Shown piece after piece: positions 12,932-25,711 of a stretch of 64,000 nucleotides of DNA (within the stretch, counting starts at the first letter, position 1; the number at the start of each line of letters is the position of its first letter). The notes beneath the pieces are model-generated. The model had not been told where the DNA came from, did not search any database, and was given only the letters and a program-made list of their open reading frames with translations. The position numbers were made by a program, and so were the translations under genes. The stretch covers positions 220,412,001-220,476,000 of the forward strand of contig NC_058368.1 in assembly GCF_018350175.1 (NCBI RefSeq), in the 5' to 3' direction. The DNA is from Felis catus (taxonomy: Eukaryota).

Positions 12932-13145
12932 GAGAGCGCCTGGATGGCTCAGTCTGGTTAGCTTCCGATTTCAGCTCAGGTCATGATCTCACACTCTGTG
13001 AGTTCAAACCCTGCATCTGGCTCTATGCCGTCAGCTAGGAGCCTGGAGTCTGCTTCAGATTCTACGTCTCCTTCTCTTTCTGTCCCTCCCCTGCTTACAT
13101 TCTGTCTCTCTCTCAAAAGTAAAATAAAAACATTAAAAAAAATTA
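12932..13145 (+). mobile_element. CAN-SINE (feliform type)
   Basis: gcgcctggatggctcag head, gagcctggagtctgcttcagattct insert, (CT)n, A tail. Confidence 0.95.
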
Positions 13146-13840
13146 ATGGTTAAAGCCTTAAAATTAAATTACATTGGAGAGTTAGTACTATATAAAAAAG
13201 ACACAAAAAGTCATTGCCAAATATTATGTTCTCTTTCTCAGTGTTTATCTATTCAGGAACACATTGCATAATGAAATTATAAGTTGTTTTTTTTTTAAGT
13301 TGCCATTTATCATTCCCAGCAGTTCTTATTTTAATATTGTTTTTGTTGTGACCATTGTGGTCAATTATGTTTACCAGCATTTGGACTGTGTCTTCACACA
13401 AAAGTCCTTCTGGAAGGAAATAACTGCAATGCATTATTGGTCCTTATGTTGCAATGGTGACTGCTCTTGAATAAAACCTCATTCAGGGTGTAAATGTTCA
13501 TCATTCTAAAGATGTTTTCATTTTATTGGAATTCCAGCTATGGCACTAGACACAATAAAGTGTATCTTTTGGATCCTTACTCTACAGAGTATGAACCACT
13601 TCATGGGAATAATATTTTTGCCTTACTCTTTATGAGCAATAAATTTTAACTCATTAAGTTTTTTTTAAGTACGTTGCTACCATGTTTCTCCATTTTATCT
13701 GTTAAATAAATAACTTTCAAGATAAGTTGACTGTATCATACGTATAAAACCTGTTGACATCTGTATTTAATTTAAGTGGTACATTGACAGTTTTTATTTT
13801 TTCCTTAAAACACGTTTTCAAATTCTCTTGTATTTTCAGC

Positions 13841-13868
13841 TATGACGACAGTGAATTCTTAAACTGAA
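13841..13868 (+). CDS. Candidate terminal coding exon (P)YDDSEFLN*, with putative 3' UTR to AATAAA at 14095 or 14235
   Basis: Strong acceptor attctcttgtattttcag; C TAT GAC GAC AGT GAA TTC TTA AAC TGA completes the CC of the 8586-8639 exon. Confidence 0.5.
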
Positions 13869-15150
13869 AGTATGCTAACAAATGAGATAATATTTTCATT
13901 AGAAAGCTCTTAATTATCTAATGAAAGCAACTGCATTATATGTCTGTCTCGTATGTTACTGATTTGGAATTTTTACAGAAAGATATGTACATATTCATAA
14001 TATAAATAACATTGAAAAATATTTATAAGTAGAGGAAATCAAGCTATCTTCAGGAATTATTAGTGTTATAGAAAAACCCATTTAGTATTATAACAATAAA
14101 AAAATCATATGTAATTATAAATATCTGACCCCATTTCCATAGCTATTTTTCAATGGAGCATAGACATAAAACAGGTGAAATAGATGTGCATATAATAGGA
14201 AGCATTTCAGTGTGAAAAGTGAGATTGCTGTATTAATAAAAGACTATTTTTTATTTGAATCACATTATATGCTTAGTTGACAGTATATATATGCATTTTA
14301 ACCCCTTCACAACAATTTCCAGGTAATAGTCTATCAGTTTTTGTTCTGTGTTACAGATGACCTTCAGTAACTCATTGAATATCTCTGTTTCTCTCCCTAA
14401 AAGTACTTGAAGCATGCTTATTTTTTTGATCACCGCAGTCACTAAAGGGATTTTGTCTTATTTGAATCCCAAGATTTTTTATTACTTCTGGGTACCCTGT
14501 GTACACAAATCCAAGTGACAGAAAAGCAAGTGATTTATAGGGTCTGAAAATAATTATACTTTACTTCACTTAAAATGATTCAAATTTAAAATGATGTTAT
14601 AGAATAAGTTTGCTATAGCAGTAAAATCAAATAGGTGATTAATAGAAGATTACTGTTACATGGAATTCATAGTTAATGAAGCTACCCACAGAAGCAGTAG
14701 AGGTGCTACCCCAGGATCTGGGGTGAAAACTACAGGTTAATCTCCAGAGACTTTCAGGACCGTTGATACGGTCACAAGATCTCAAGATGAGGACAAGTAC
14801 TTAAAAGGAATGAACCCAATAAACCCAACTGTAACCTCAGAAAAGAGCCTCAAAGGTCTCTGCCCACAGTGGTTGCTGTTGAGAAGTAGGCAGATATGAC
14901 CCACACGGTAGCTTTCCAAAGGAGACGTGAGAACAGGGAGTGTGACACAGAAATCCAAAAAAGAGGCTTGCTGTCTGCAACAGCTGACCTGCCTAAAAAG
15001 GGCAACCTGCAAAGCCCTTCCCCATTTTAAGTTTGTTGGTAAATGTGCAAAGATTCATCCAAACCATAAATATGAAAAATATACTGAATAAAATTTTCCC
15101 TACACTCATCAAAAGAAGCTTAGTATTGTCTTTTTAAAAGTAGCTAATCA

Positions 15151-15355
15151 GGGGCGCCTGGGTGGCTCAGTCTGTTAAGCGTCTGACTTGGACTCAGGTC
15201 ATGGTCTCAGGGTTTGGGAGTTGGAGCCCTGTATTGGGCCCTGGGCTGAAAGCTCAGAGCCAGGAGCCTGCTTCGGATTGTGTGTGTGTGTGTGTCTCTC
15301 TCTGCCCTCCCCCACTCACATTCTCTCTCTCAAAAAATGAATAAAAATTAAAAAT
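15151..15355 (+). mobile_element. CAN-SINE
   Basis: ggggcgcctgggtggctcag head; TSD aaaagtagctaatca / aaaagcggttaatca. Confidence 0.96.
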
Positions 15356-15384
15356 AAAAGCGGTTAATCATACTGCAATATATA

Positions 15385-15470
15385 GGTATAACAAATCAAC
15401 AGGTTGCACACTTCAGACTCACACCATGTTATATATCAATTATATCTCAATAAGGCAGGAAAAAAAACAG
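15385..15470 (+). mobile_element. L1 3' terminal fragment
   Basis: atgttatatatcaattatatctcaataaggcaggaaaaaaaa, a typical L1 3' end with A tail. Confidence 0.75.
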
Positions 15471-16969
15471 CTATGACATCAGCTTCATGTTCTAATAGCT
15501 ACTTTTGCTGTTTCTTGTTTGCTTATACACACTGTGAAATATCGATTTTATTATCTAAAACACTATAGATTTAACAGTTTACAAAACCCGACTCTTAGTT
15601 GTACTGTCTGGCAATTACTATGTCCCCACAACATGCCTCAATACAGATTCGGCCTCAACCCCTTATAAAACCCAGGCCTACCAGAATCTCTGTGGAATTT
15701 TTGAAAAAGTTTTCATCTACAGATAAAAACTGTCCAGAGATCCAGTCCAATCCATGAAAGATTGGATGTGTTATTTTATTACGAAGATTTTCTCTTTGAC
15801 GTGTCTAATTTTCCCAAATGTGTGAATTTAATATTAAGCCTTCTTAATATAGGTTGTTGTTCTGTTACTATGAAAAAAAACTCTGCACATGGACCAGCTA
15901 AATTTTATTGTATTTGGGGGCAAAAAAGAACAAAAAAGAAAAAAGAAAAAAAAGAAAAAAAGAAGCATGCAATTTTAGCCCTGAATTTTAACAATATTTG
16001 CATAGTTATAATTGTCAGCATCATGTTTTTCAACCTTTGTCGTAAATGTACGTGCAAATCTGAGAAGGCTTATTTAGAATGGTGCAGAGAACCTCCAGTT
16101 CCCTGTAGATTCATTAGAGGTAAATCTCAGCATGTAGCATACCTTCTGGTGGTCTGAGCACCAGAATATACTACTTAATTATACCACAGCCTCTCCTGAG
16201 CCCGGCTATCACTGTGATGCTGATGAATCTTCTCAATGTTCTTATAGCTCTTTGGCTAGATCAGTGGGTTTCTGGGAGAAAATGTGGGGAACTTTGAATC
16301 CTGTCACCTTCCCATGAATAAGAGTATCTATATTTCAAGAAGGGAAGACTGTTGAAGAGACTGCAGGTAAACCCAACTTTTAATCAATTCTTCTTATGCA
16401 AATAATCGTGCTTATCAATAACCAAGTGCACAAAAAATGAAAAACACAGTCAAAGACATGGGTTCTCCATAAAAGTAGTTCACCTTTTAACTGGGCTGAA
16501 AGACACATGAGCTTCTTTAAATATTTTAAAATATGAAGTAAGGGTTGACAAAAGTATAAGAACATGGGATCAAAAAGAATATCCCCCTACGGTTTCCCAA
16601 AATGTATGTAGGGTGGATTAGAATTGAAAGAAACGGAGTCTCGAGGAAATATGAGCTCCTTTGGCTATTGTGAAAAGGAAAATAAAAAGAATTATGATGT
16701 CTTCTAATACAACTACAGAAATAAAAAAAAAAAAAAACTTAAATCATACAATGGTCCAATAAGAGCATTTTACACAACATGTTAAGATTTAAAACTATTT
16801 TTTAAATAATTTGAAAGCTCACAAAAGTGCCTATAAAATAACAAGGATTACAAACAGTAGGATCACACTACCGGCTGCCAATTACTGTGCAGTAATAGCA
16901 GCTTGTCTTGATGTGACACAGCATGAACTTTTTCCAGTGGATAACAAAGGTGACTTTTTTTCCTGGTTT

Positions 16970-17012
16970 TTTGTTGTTGGTGGTGGTGTTGGTGGTGGTG
17001 GTGGTGGTGGTT
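16970..17012. repeat. (GGT)n/(GTT)n microsatellite
   Basis: Directly visible. Confidence 0.9.
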
Positions 17013-17577
17013 ATATACACTACTTCCGCAGGATCTGTGTTGTGGAACTGAAAGGCACTTTCTTTGTTTTCAACCTCAATTTCTCTATAAGCTATTTTCC
17101 TTCCCACTTTGTTTCCAAGATATTTAAACTCATAAACTAAAAATCTAAATTGCTTTCCTTTAATTACTATTCTTTTTTTTTGTAAGTGAAGGTAATATTG
17201 ATAGTAATTGAACCTGTTTCTTTACCTGAGTGTAATTACATTTATTTTTATGAACCATTAAAAAACTTAGTTTCTGGAATGAGCTAATTATAGAATGATA
17301 GAAAAAAAAAAAAAAACAAGTATTGCACAATGATTTGGTATGTATTTGAGGAAACTCAAATAACGTTCTCAATTACACGAAAATACAATGATCCTGATAT
17401 TGCTTTTGTTCAGGAAAATAAAATCTCATGTTGGGCATAAATCAGTATTAAACTTTTAGATTAACAATCTACAATGAGAATTTAATAATTTGGACTAATG
17501 TTATTTCTATCTTAATAGGAAAAAGCAGGTTAGTTTTAAAATAATAAGAAACAATGAGGAAAGTTTTGTGTTAATAT

Positions 17578-17756
17578 GTCAATCCTCTCAAATTTTGGTA
17601 TTGCATCAGAACCACCTGGAAGCCTTATTGAAAAGAGATTGTTAGGCCCCATCCACACAGTGTTGATTCAGTAGCTCTAGGGTGGCACCCAAGAATTTGC
17701 ATTTCCCAAAGTTTTCCAGGTGATGCAGTTACCACCCACACTTCCAGAATGACTGG
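17578..17756. mobile_element. MER5A hAT-Charlie MITE
   Basis: tgcatcagaaccacctggaagcctt...tgattcagtagctctagggtggcacccaagaatttgcatttcc...ccaggtgatgc. Confidence 0.85.
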
Positions 17757-18139
17757 TAGATGGACTACTTAAAGATTATTTGCAAACAGTAAACAAAACA
17801 ACAATGAAAACAGTTTAAAATGCTAACCCTTGTTTACATTTCCACCTAAGCAATGGCAATTCTAAACAATATCAACTTTAGATTAACTCTTCCCATGGAG
17901 TTTTCAAAGCTCCCATGAAACTCCCAGGGAGTTTTCAAGGCACCTCTACCCCCAACCCCCACCCCCCCTGTTTGAAAAAGAGAGAAGGGAGAGGAAAGAA
18001 AAAGCGAGGACCAGACAGGACAGGAAGAGAGACTGACAAAGACAAAGATAAATAGCAGAAACTTGTACTAGCTTGGTGTACAACCTACTGTTTCCAACAC
18101 TTTTCTGTTTTCTGAAAAAGATATATATGTACATACATC

Positions 18140-21100
18140 AAGCATGGCAGCTCTTATTACACCATACATATGGATTAGGACAAAATCCCAAATGTAAAAT
18201 ACATAGTCTTTAAAACCCAGCGTGTACCCCAGAGCATTGTGACTTTCATCTGGTGCAAATGTGAGCCACAGTGATTCTTCCTTTACATGGGACTACATGA
18301 CCCAGACCACTGGCTTTCTAAACATTTCACTGGTATGGCAGCCTTAAAACTTCAAAGGATTTTACAGCGTATTTGTCCTGCAAAGACCTACAATCCACTT
18401 GTTTCCTCCTCATCCCACTTTATTTGCAAAATGTCATCAATATAGTGGATCATTTTGATATGCTTTGGAATGTCCACAAAGAACAATTCTCTTTAGACAA
18501 AGTAGGAGAGTTAGCATTGCTCTGGTGCAAGATTGGATATATACGCCATTTTCCTACCTGCATAAATTTGAGCTGTTTTTGATCCCCCTTTTTGATAGAG
18601 ATGAAAAAGTTTGCATCTAACAAGTAAAATGTTTGCACACCATGTATCTGAGGTTAAGATACTATTCTGTAACAAAGATACCATATATTTAGCATAGTAA
18701 CTGCAATTAGGGATACTAATTAGTTCAATCTTTAGTAATGTACTGTCATTCTCTTGTGTTTGGCTTTTGAAGACACCTCTGATGAACTAAATCAAGGTAT
18801 GTCAAGGAGAATTACCTTTGTATCCTTTTCAAATCTTTCAGGGTAGCACAAATATCTTTTATTTGTGTGTAGTATCTTTTATTTGTTTTTAATTTACCAT
18901 CTTAACAGGACTGCTGCTTTGATCTTCCTCACCCTTATCCCACCATCCAAGAAACCAATATGCAGGTTGTGCTACCTACTAAAGTTGTCCTTTAGCGGCT
19001 GAGAGAAAAAAAAAAAAATCAATCCAGTGAACCAAGGATGAGGTAGGGCTAGGCAGATTCTATTTATTATTCAGTTTCCATATATTTCTCTTTCTAACGA
19101 AGGATTTTGAGGAAGCTCCATTTTTCTACTATCAGTATCAATTAAAATTGTATAATAGTCCATCAATGTTTCAAATGTCTTCCTTTCCCAGTATATTCCC
19201 ACCTGACAAAATGAACCTAACTCCAACTGGGGAAGAACTGAGGAAATCATGGTTATATCCACTGACTTTAAAGTTTCAGGGCCATTCTTTTGGAAGGAAC
19301 TGAATTATTCTTTGTCTCAGATCTGTAAACTAGTTGTTTCAGCAAATACTCGGTGCCCAGGAAGAGACAAGCGACACGCACTCTGGGAATCAGAAAAGAC
19401 CGTTTATTCTGCACCGGTGTCGGCCCAGCGGATCATCTCCAAAGGCTGAGCTCCGAGCCCTGGCGCTGGCCTACTTTTATGCCTGGCCAGCTGCTGGGTA
19501 GGTGGGCGGGATTGCAAGGGTTCAAGGAAAAACAGGGGTGGGGGGGGCACTTATCGGTTGTGCTACTCTGGTAGTCTGCTGATGCAAGAGGCAAGCAAGA
19601 TTACAGAAGTACCAAAAGCATGCAAGGGGAGTATCTGGCCTCAGACATCTGGCTTTTTTTTTTTTTTAACTGCTTTTGCTGGCTTCCCTTACCTTCTCAA
19701 GAGATTATGACTTTTTATTAGTATGGCTCAGTGCAAGCTGTCAATCACTAGCAGCTGTTGGTTGTATAGATTGACCAGTTTCCTTGTTGGCTTCCTATCT
19801 TCCTTCCAGGGATGCTGGTTTTTTGATTAACTACCTCTACTGTTTCTTGGAGGGTCAGATGCCCTTGGTTGTCACTCCAATCTTGTCACTAGTAATGATT
19901 GCACCCTCCTTGATTTTGTCAGTTAAGAACTACCACCTGGCTTCTGTAATTAATTGTATCTTCCTTACTGCGATCAGTAAGCCAAGTTTTGAAATGGCAT
20001 CTCTTACTTTGTCTCCATCCAATATGTGCTGGTAGGATCCAAGAGAGCAAATGTAGGTCTGAAAAGGGGCAAATGAAACATAAAGTTGATCAAAGGAGAT
20101 ACAGATAGAGACATAGATACAGGTATATAAATATTGAATTTACAGAATATACCACCCACACAAGGAATCCAGTTGCAGATTGATCACTCAACTTCTCAGT
20201 GACACTGGGGACCCTCTCACCAGGGCATTCTGTATTAATTTGGTCACTATAATATCTTCTGGGCCACCCTTCAGGACAGAGTCATCTGGTAGGTGGTCCA
20301 GTCTTTCGTAACGTAACCATTCTGCTATATCCGATCTCTGAACATTTTGGTCTATACTTCCAATTTTTGCACTGGAATATCTCATACATCTACTTCACTT
20401 AGTCTGGGCCATTGCCTGCCTGAGTTTTTACAACACTTAGCAGCGTATTTGTACTGTGTCTAAGGTCCTCTCCTGGTAGTATATTTTGTAAATTATGTTT
20501 CTATATATCTGTATCTATATTTCCTTCAGAGTCCCTTGTGCCCTTAGTAGACCCAGAACTTCACCAGACAGGTTAAGTTTTGGCTTAATCCAATTATGGA
20601 ACATATGACTGGGAGGGTAGATCTTGAGGAGAACATTTTGACTCTCAGGAAAGAGGCATTTGTGTTTTCTTCCAGCAAGGAGAGACTACTCCACACTCAA
20701 AGGAAGGAATGAGCCATTTCTTGAGATTCAGAAGACTCAAGCTATTCTGGGGATTCAAGAATATTGAATGCATTATCACAGATGTCCCCATTTCTTGTCA
20801 CAGGGTCTCATTCTTTCCCATTCAAGCCTGGACCTTAGCATAACATGTATGTTTAGGTTGAGAATTTAAACTTCTCTAAAACTCAGCTTTTTCTGTGAGC
20901 CTAGTCCTGAACTTTGTTTGCTCTCTAGCTGATGGAGATGAATGTCTCTTAATAAGCTGCCAAATTTATCATTGGCAATTACATAAAGACTTCAAGTAAT
21001 GATTAAGCATCCTCAGTTTGTTTTTTTTTCTTTCTCTTCATTAGCCATCCATTTCCATTGTCCTTATAATTACTACCTCTGCAATATTTCTCAAATCACC

Positions 21101-21320
21101 GATACAGTACAATTGTTAGTGCATGTCTTTCCAATGGCATAACATCATATTTTGATACTGGTGAAAATTTTAACAAGTACACTGCTAACATACACCAGGA
21201 ACAAGCACTGTCCATGTTTAACCACCTAGTGATGTCCTTATTACCAGCCAACAAAAAGTGATCCAGTTCCAATATTCTATCATGGTGTATGATTTCTCGG
21301 CCCACTTCTGGAACAATCTC
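18140..21320 (-). mobile_element. ERVL-class internal region with degraded gag-protease-RT
   Basis: Minus-strand remnants: gag GPEDIIVTKLIQNALVRGSPVSLRS (ORF 20188-20385), protease-like ILIDTDSRKMELPQNP (ORF 19071-19262), RT DIPKHIKMIHYIDDILQI (YIDD at 18433-18444) and AAIPVKCLESQWSGSC. Confidence 0.82.
19335..19699 (-). mobile_element. Younger solo LTR (CarLTR-like) inserted in the ERVL fossil
   Basis: Abrupt CpG-rich block with TG...CA ends, minus-strand AATAAA (gtttatt, ~19402) and TATA-like motif (ttttatg, ~19474); TSD not resolved. Confidence 0.7.
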
Positions 21321-21780
21321 ACAATCTATCTGTTTCCGTAGGAAGAACAATCTGAGATGAAAATAAGCATCCAGTATATTTATTAGCCAGTGCTTTAAAT
21401 ATCAACATGTATGGGGAAGAAAAAAAAAACATGATTAGACAGAGGGAGAAACTTGATGTCAATGCAGTAGACATATTTTAGCTGACTGTGCAGGGATACT
21501 GAAAATGGATAGCACTTCAGGGAGACATGTGTTGTGTGGGACAAGAGACTAGATCTTGTCCTTCCATAAAGATCGATCACTGGATGCAGAAATGAGGGGT
21601 CAATTGAGCAAAGTAAATTTCTTTAGCAAATGACAATTCAAAAAGAGGACTGAAAGCCTAGACATGTCATCCGGTTTCACTCCCAGCAACTAGGAGAAAA
21701 TTGCTTCCACGCTGAAGTAGAATTTGAATGATATATTACAGTGTCTACTATTTTGGCACACATAGGTATTTCTCTTTTTG
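21320..21780 (-). mobile_element. ERVL 5' LTR remnant (LTR16/40/41-like)
   Basis: Minus strand reads ctaataaatatactggatgcttattttcatctcagattgttcttcc directly into the internal leader; the distal boundary is uncertain. Confidence 0.5.
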
Positions 21781-22139
21781 TGCTATGGAGAAAATAATCA
21801 GGGTCCCAAAAGTCTCTGCTTCAACGTTATAGGATATTTTCTTTTATGATTCTTGCTATGGTTCTGATACTCCAATTAGATAGTTGGTTTAATTTCTCAA
21901 AGTTGCTGTAAGTAAGTCTTTGAAGCTTTTCAAAAGAGCTTTCTCTAACTTTACCCTGCCTTTCTCCATTCCATATCTCAAGTAGACAAAGTCATAGCAC
22001 CCGCTTTGTCTTCCTTTACTCATTTAATAATAGAAATTGTATTCTTTTTTCTACTCAAAGAAAATATTTCCACCTGAGCAATGGGTGATTCTCTTCTCAG
22101 GAAACTTATCCTTTGAGTATCCATTGTTTATATTGGATA

Positions 22140-22688
22140 CTTCAAAGTTTTCCATTTCTGCATAACAAATTATTACAGATTTCAGAGCTTAAATAAAACC
22201 AAAGATTTGCTATTTCTCAGTTTCCAGGGTTTAGGAATCCAAGTGGTGAGTAACTGGGTTGAGATCTCACCTGAGGCCTGGGATCCTCTTCCAAGTTCAT
22301 GCAATTGTCAACAGAATTCAGTTTCTGTGTCTGCATGACTGAAGTCCCATTTTCTTCCTAGATGTCCTCAACTCCTAAAGACCTCATCAGTGAAGTCTTT
22401 GCCATGTGCCCTTCTCCATAGAACCACTCACAATATGATAGTTTACCTTTTCAAGACTGGCAGTGTTGCAATTCTCTCTAGTCTGCTGCTAAATAGTCTT
22501 ATATACCAAAATGTAATTATAGATCTGATTATCCTTTATTGTTATATAATATAACCTAAGTATGGGAGTGACTACTCCATCATATTTGAAGACCTCATTC
22601 ACACTTAAAGGGAAGAGATTATACATTAAAGGTACATCTCAGCACTGAACGAAATGTGAGGGGTCATCTTAGAATTCTACCTAGAATA
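22140..22688 (-). mobile_element. MaLR LTR (MLT1E/F-like)
   Basis: ctgcataacaaattattacag...ggatcctcttccaagttcat...cagaattcagtttc...ggggtcatcttagaattctacct. Confidence 0.75.
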
Positions 22689-23288
22689 TTGTATTAAATT
22701 TGTCATTATTTTCTTTAACCATCTTTTTGGGTGGGTGATTTTTTTTATAGCCATCTTTCCTTTACAAAGTTTTAGCTGAGACTACCAATCATATCCATAT
22801 TGTCAAATCTAATTGCAGTTACAAATAATTGTAATTAAATGCAGTTACAAACAATTGTAAGCCATCATCTTCCTGGACCTCTTATCAACTTCTTATCAGA
22901 AACCTCTTGATCATTTCTGAAACACAATACTCCCCTAATTCATTAAAAAAGATATGCATCATTATACATTCTAAGGCTAATAGAGGTCAATGGTAGGACT
23001 TTACCTAATTATTCTTTGCTGGTCCCAAGCAATGGGCTATGAGTATTTCTTAGTAGTATGCAAAATAGTCTTCATCTAACCACTCATTTGATATTTTTAC
23101 ACTACTAATTAGTTAGGAAATATATGAAACTGATCCTTGTTCTTCCACATATGTTAGAGTTATGCCAAATTCTATAGCTTCAGTAACTGTCCTGGGGTAG
23201 ATAACATGCCTAAAATAGGGCCCTCTGGGATCCTGAAGAACAAGTCCTGAGCTGGTGATAATAAATATACTATTAAAATGCAACACAA

Positions 23289-23492
23289 GGGTGTCTGGAT
23301 GGCTCAGTCAGGTAAGCATCTGACTCTTGATTACAGCTCAGGTCAGGATCCCAGGGTCTTTGAGATCAGACCCCGCATCAGGCTCTGCATAGTGTAGAGC
23401 TGGCTTAAGATTCTCTCTCTCTTCCTCTGCCCTTTTACCAGATGTGCTCTCTCGCTTTCAAATTAAAAAAATAATAAGTAAACAAACAAACA
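23289..23492 (+). mobile_element. CAN-SINE
   Basis: gggtgtctggatggctcagtcagg head, (CT)n, A tail; caacacaa TSD core. Confidence 0.93.
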
Positions 23493-25490
23493 AAACATAC
23501 AACACAAAAAGTAAAACACACTTTTTAAAAAGTTTAGCTTCAAAAACAGAATCGTAAGTGGAAGAAATATATTTACAGATACTGATTAAAAAGAAAAATA
23601 TAAATGAAAGATCAGGATATCTTTTGTATAAAACATCTGCATTACCAGTGCTGTGTCTGAACAGATTCATAAAACTTGCAAATTTGCCTGTTGAGCTTGG
23701 AAAAATAATCTCAAGGTATTTCTGTACTAAATTTTTATTAAGGCTTGTTAGAAACAGATCTAAAATATATATGTGTTTCTCATTAAGATGAATAAATGTA
23801 AATATATTGCATTTACAAATACTAGAAGTATTTAATTTCATATTTGTAATAGTATAATAGCATGCAAAAGATTTACTAGAACTCAATATCTGCAGCAAAA
23901 AATATTATTAGGGCAGAATTAAGTATCGTTCCTTGTTGGGTTCTGATTTCTATTACCCTTCTCTTCTATAACTCATTATGTAACTCTGCATTGCATCCTT
24001 TAAACTATGTGTATTTACACATTGCATAAATTATAATTACTGGACATAGTACAACTAATATATATGGTATACGTCCTTAATCAGGCTGACCAGGGGAAAT
24101 ATTAGCTAAATTACCAAGTGTGCTAATTATTGTATTGTGACATTAAGCATATATAATTATGAAACCAGGCTAACCAGTAGTAGTCTTTAGAGACAATCCT
24201 TCATATACAACACTGACATGCATTTTACGATTTAATTGCTAGTATGCAAATGATAAACCATATTTGCTTTTATAAGTACGTACATCCAGGCAAATTTTAA
24301 CATAACACAGACACTGTATGAATTTATATCCAGAATATTTTATTGTAATCATCTATAGTTTTATTTATACATAATCTGAATGTATTCATTGTTTATACAC
24401 TTAGATTAATAATTACAGATCAAGTTGAATAATATTTATCAAGTAAGATTCTATATCACAAAAGGTAAATGTATAATTTATTATATTTTATTATACTATA
24501 GCTGTTTAGATTCTTTTGGACACAACAGAAACATATTTCTATTCCATTGTGGTAAAATTTGTATTCCTCAGGGATGTGTCTATCCTCTGGAGTTACTACA
24601 GACCATCAGAAATTCAGAGGAAGGACTGAGGCTACATCTAAGACTTCAGTCAGAGACTTTAGTCGTAATTATTGGGATGCCCATTGCTCTTTTCAAGGCC
24701 ACTACGTTTTCCTGAATTTTGAGCCTTTAATGTGGGCACAAGATTCTCCAAAATGTGAAAATTAAACTTTTTGTTTATGGTTTTCATTTTGATCCTTAAA
24801 AGATTTAATATGATTTCTTGAGATGTAAAACTTCTTTGTAAAGAAATATACAATATTAAGAACTGTATAGAATAGTAAGTGTGAACTTCAAGCCCTAGTA
24901 AACATGAATAGTTGGAGACTACATTTTCAGATCTTTTGTCTGTGAATTAACCAAATTATAGATATTCTGTATAGATACTTTTATGACTTTTGTTCAATAA
25001 TTCTATCTCTATTTTTCTTAAAATAGTTTTCAGTTTGAATCCATTACTAAAATAATTGTATAACAACATTCAAAGAATATTTTAAGTAAAATATCCTATA
25101 AATGTCCTAAATTGTCCTAAATATCTTAAAATTGACACTATAATATAATTTTTTGACAGAGTTTTATTTTATTGGACTTTGTGCATATTATTTTTCCAGT
25201 AAAATGAAAAGTAAAAAAAAATTAAAAGAATATATTATAAGCATGCACAAATAAATTCATGATTGATTGATTTATTCCATTAAGTAATACCGTTATTTTT
25301 ATTTTATTCAAATTCTATCACAATCTCTTCCCAAAGGTGAATAATAAGTATATTTTTACTTATATATTCAAAAAACATTTATGCTGTTTAGTTATTTCAA
25401 TTATCATACGACATTTTTATTAGAGGAATGAATATTCAGAATATAAAAAATCAAAAACAATACTTTTTTGCTTAAAATTATAAGAATCCA

Positions 25491-25575
25491 CCACTCACTT
25501 TCTGTCTCATTTTAAATTCATTTTCCCCACTCACTTTTGATCTCATTTTAAATTCATTTTCCCCACAATCACTTT
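25491..25575. repeat. 36-bp tandem duplication (about 2.3 copies)
   Basis: ccactcactttctgtctcattttaaattcattttcc followed by ccactcacttttgatctcattttaaattcattttcc. Confidence 0.92.
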
Positions 25576-25711
25576 AAAATCACCAACTTCCTTTTCCTGC
25601 TATGTGCTTCCATACTTCTAAATTTACTACCATTTCTCACTTTTCATCACATGTTTACATGTTACATATTGATATTAATATGGAATGAGGTTTAAGATGT
25701 ATTAAGTTCTT

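Noticed and set aside
13300..13475. Possible acceptor (ttttttaag) with a hydrophobic ORF ending near AATAAA
   Set aside because: The open frame is not phase-compatible with the 8639 donor, and there is no other support
14680..15020. More GC-balanced segment suspected to be a processed pseudogene
   Set aside because: The + strand frames I translated contain stops and no recognisable protein; no poly(A) or TSD
16970..17012. (GGT)n as a G-quadruplex
   Set aside because: Only two-G runs; an ordinary microsatellite
23458..23898. 146-aa minus-strand ORF
   Set aside because: AT-rich low-complexity composition, ends in a SINE tail, no motif
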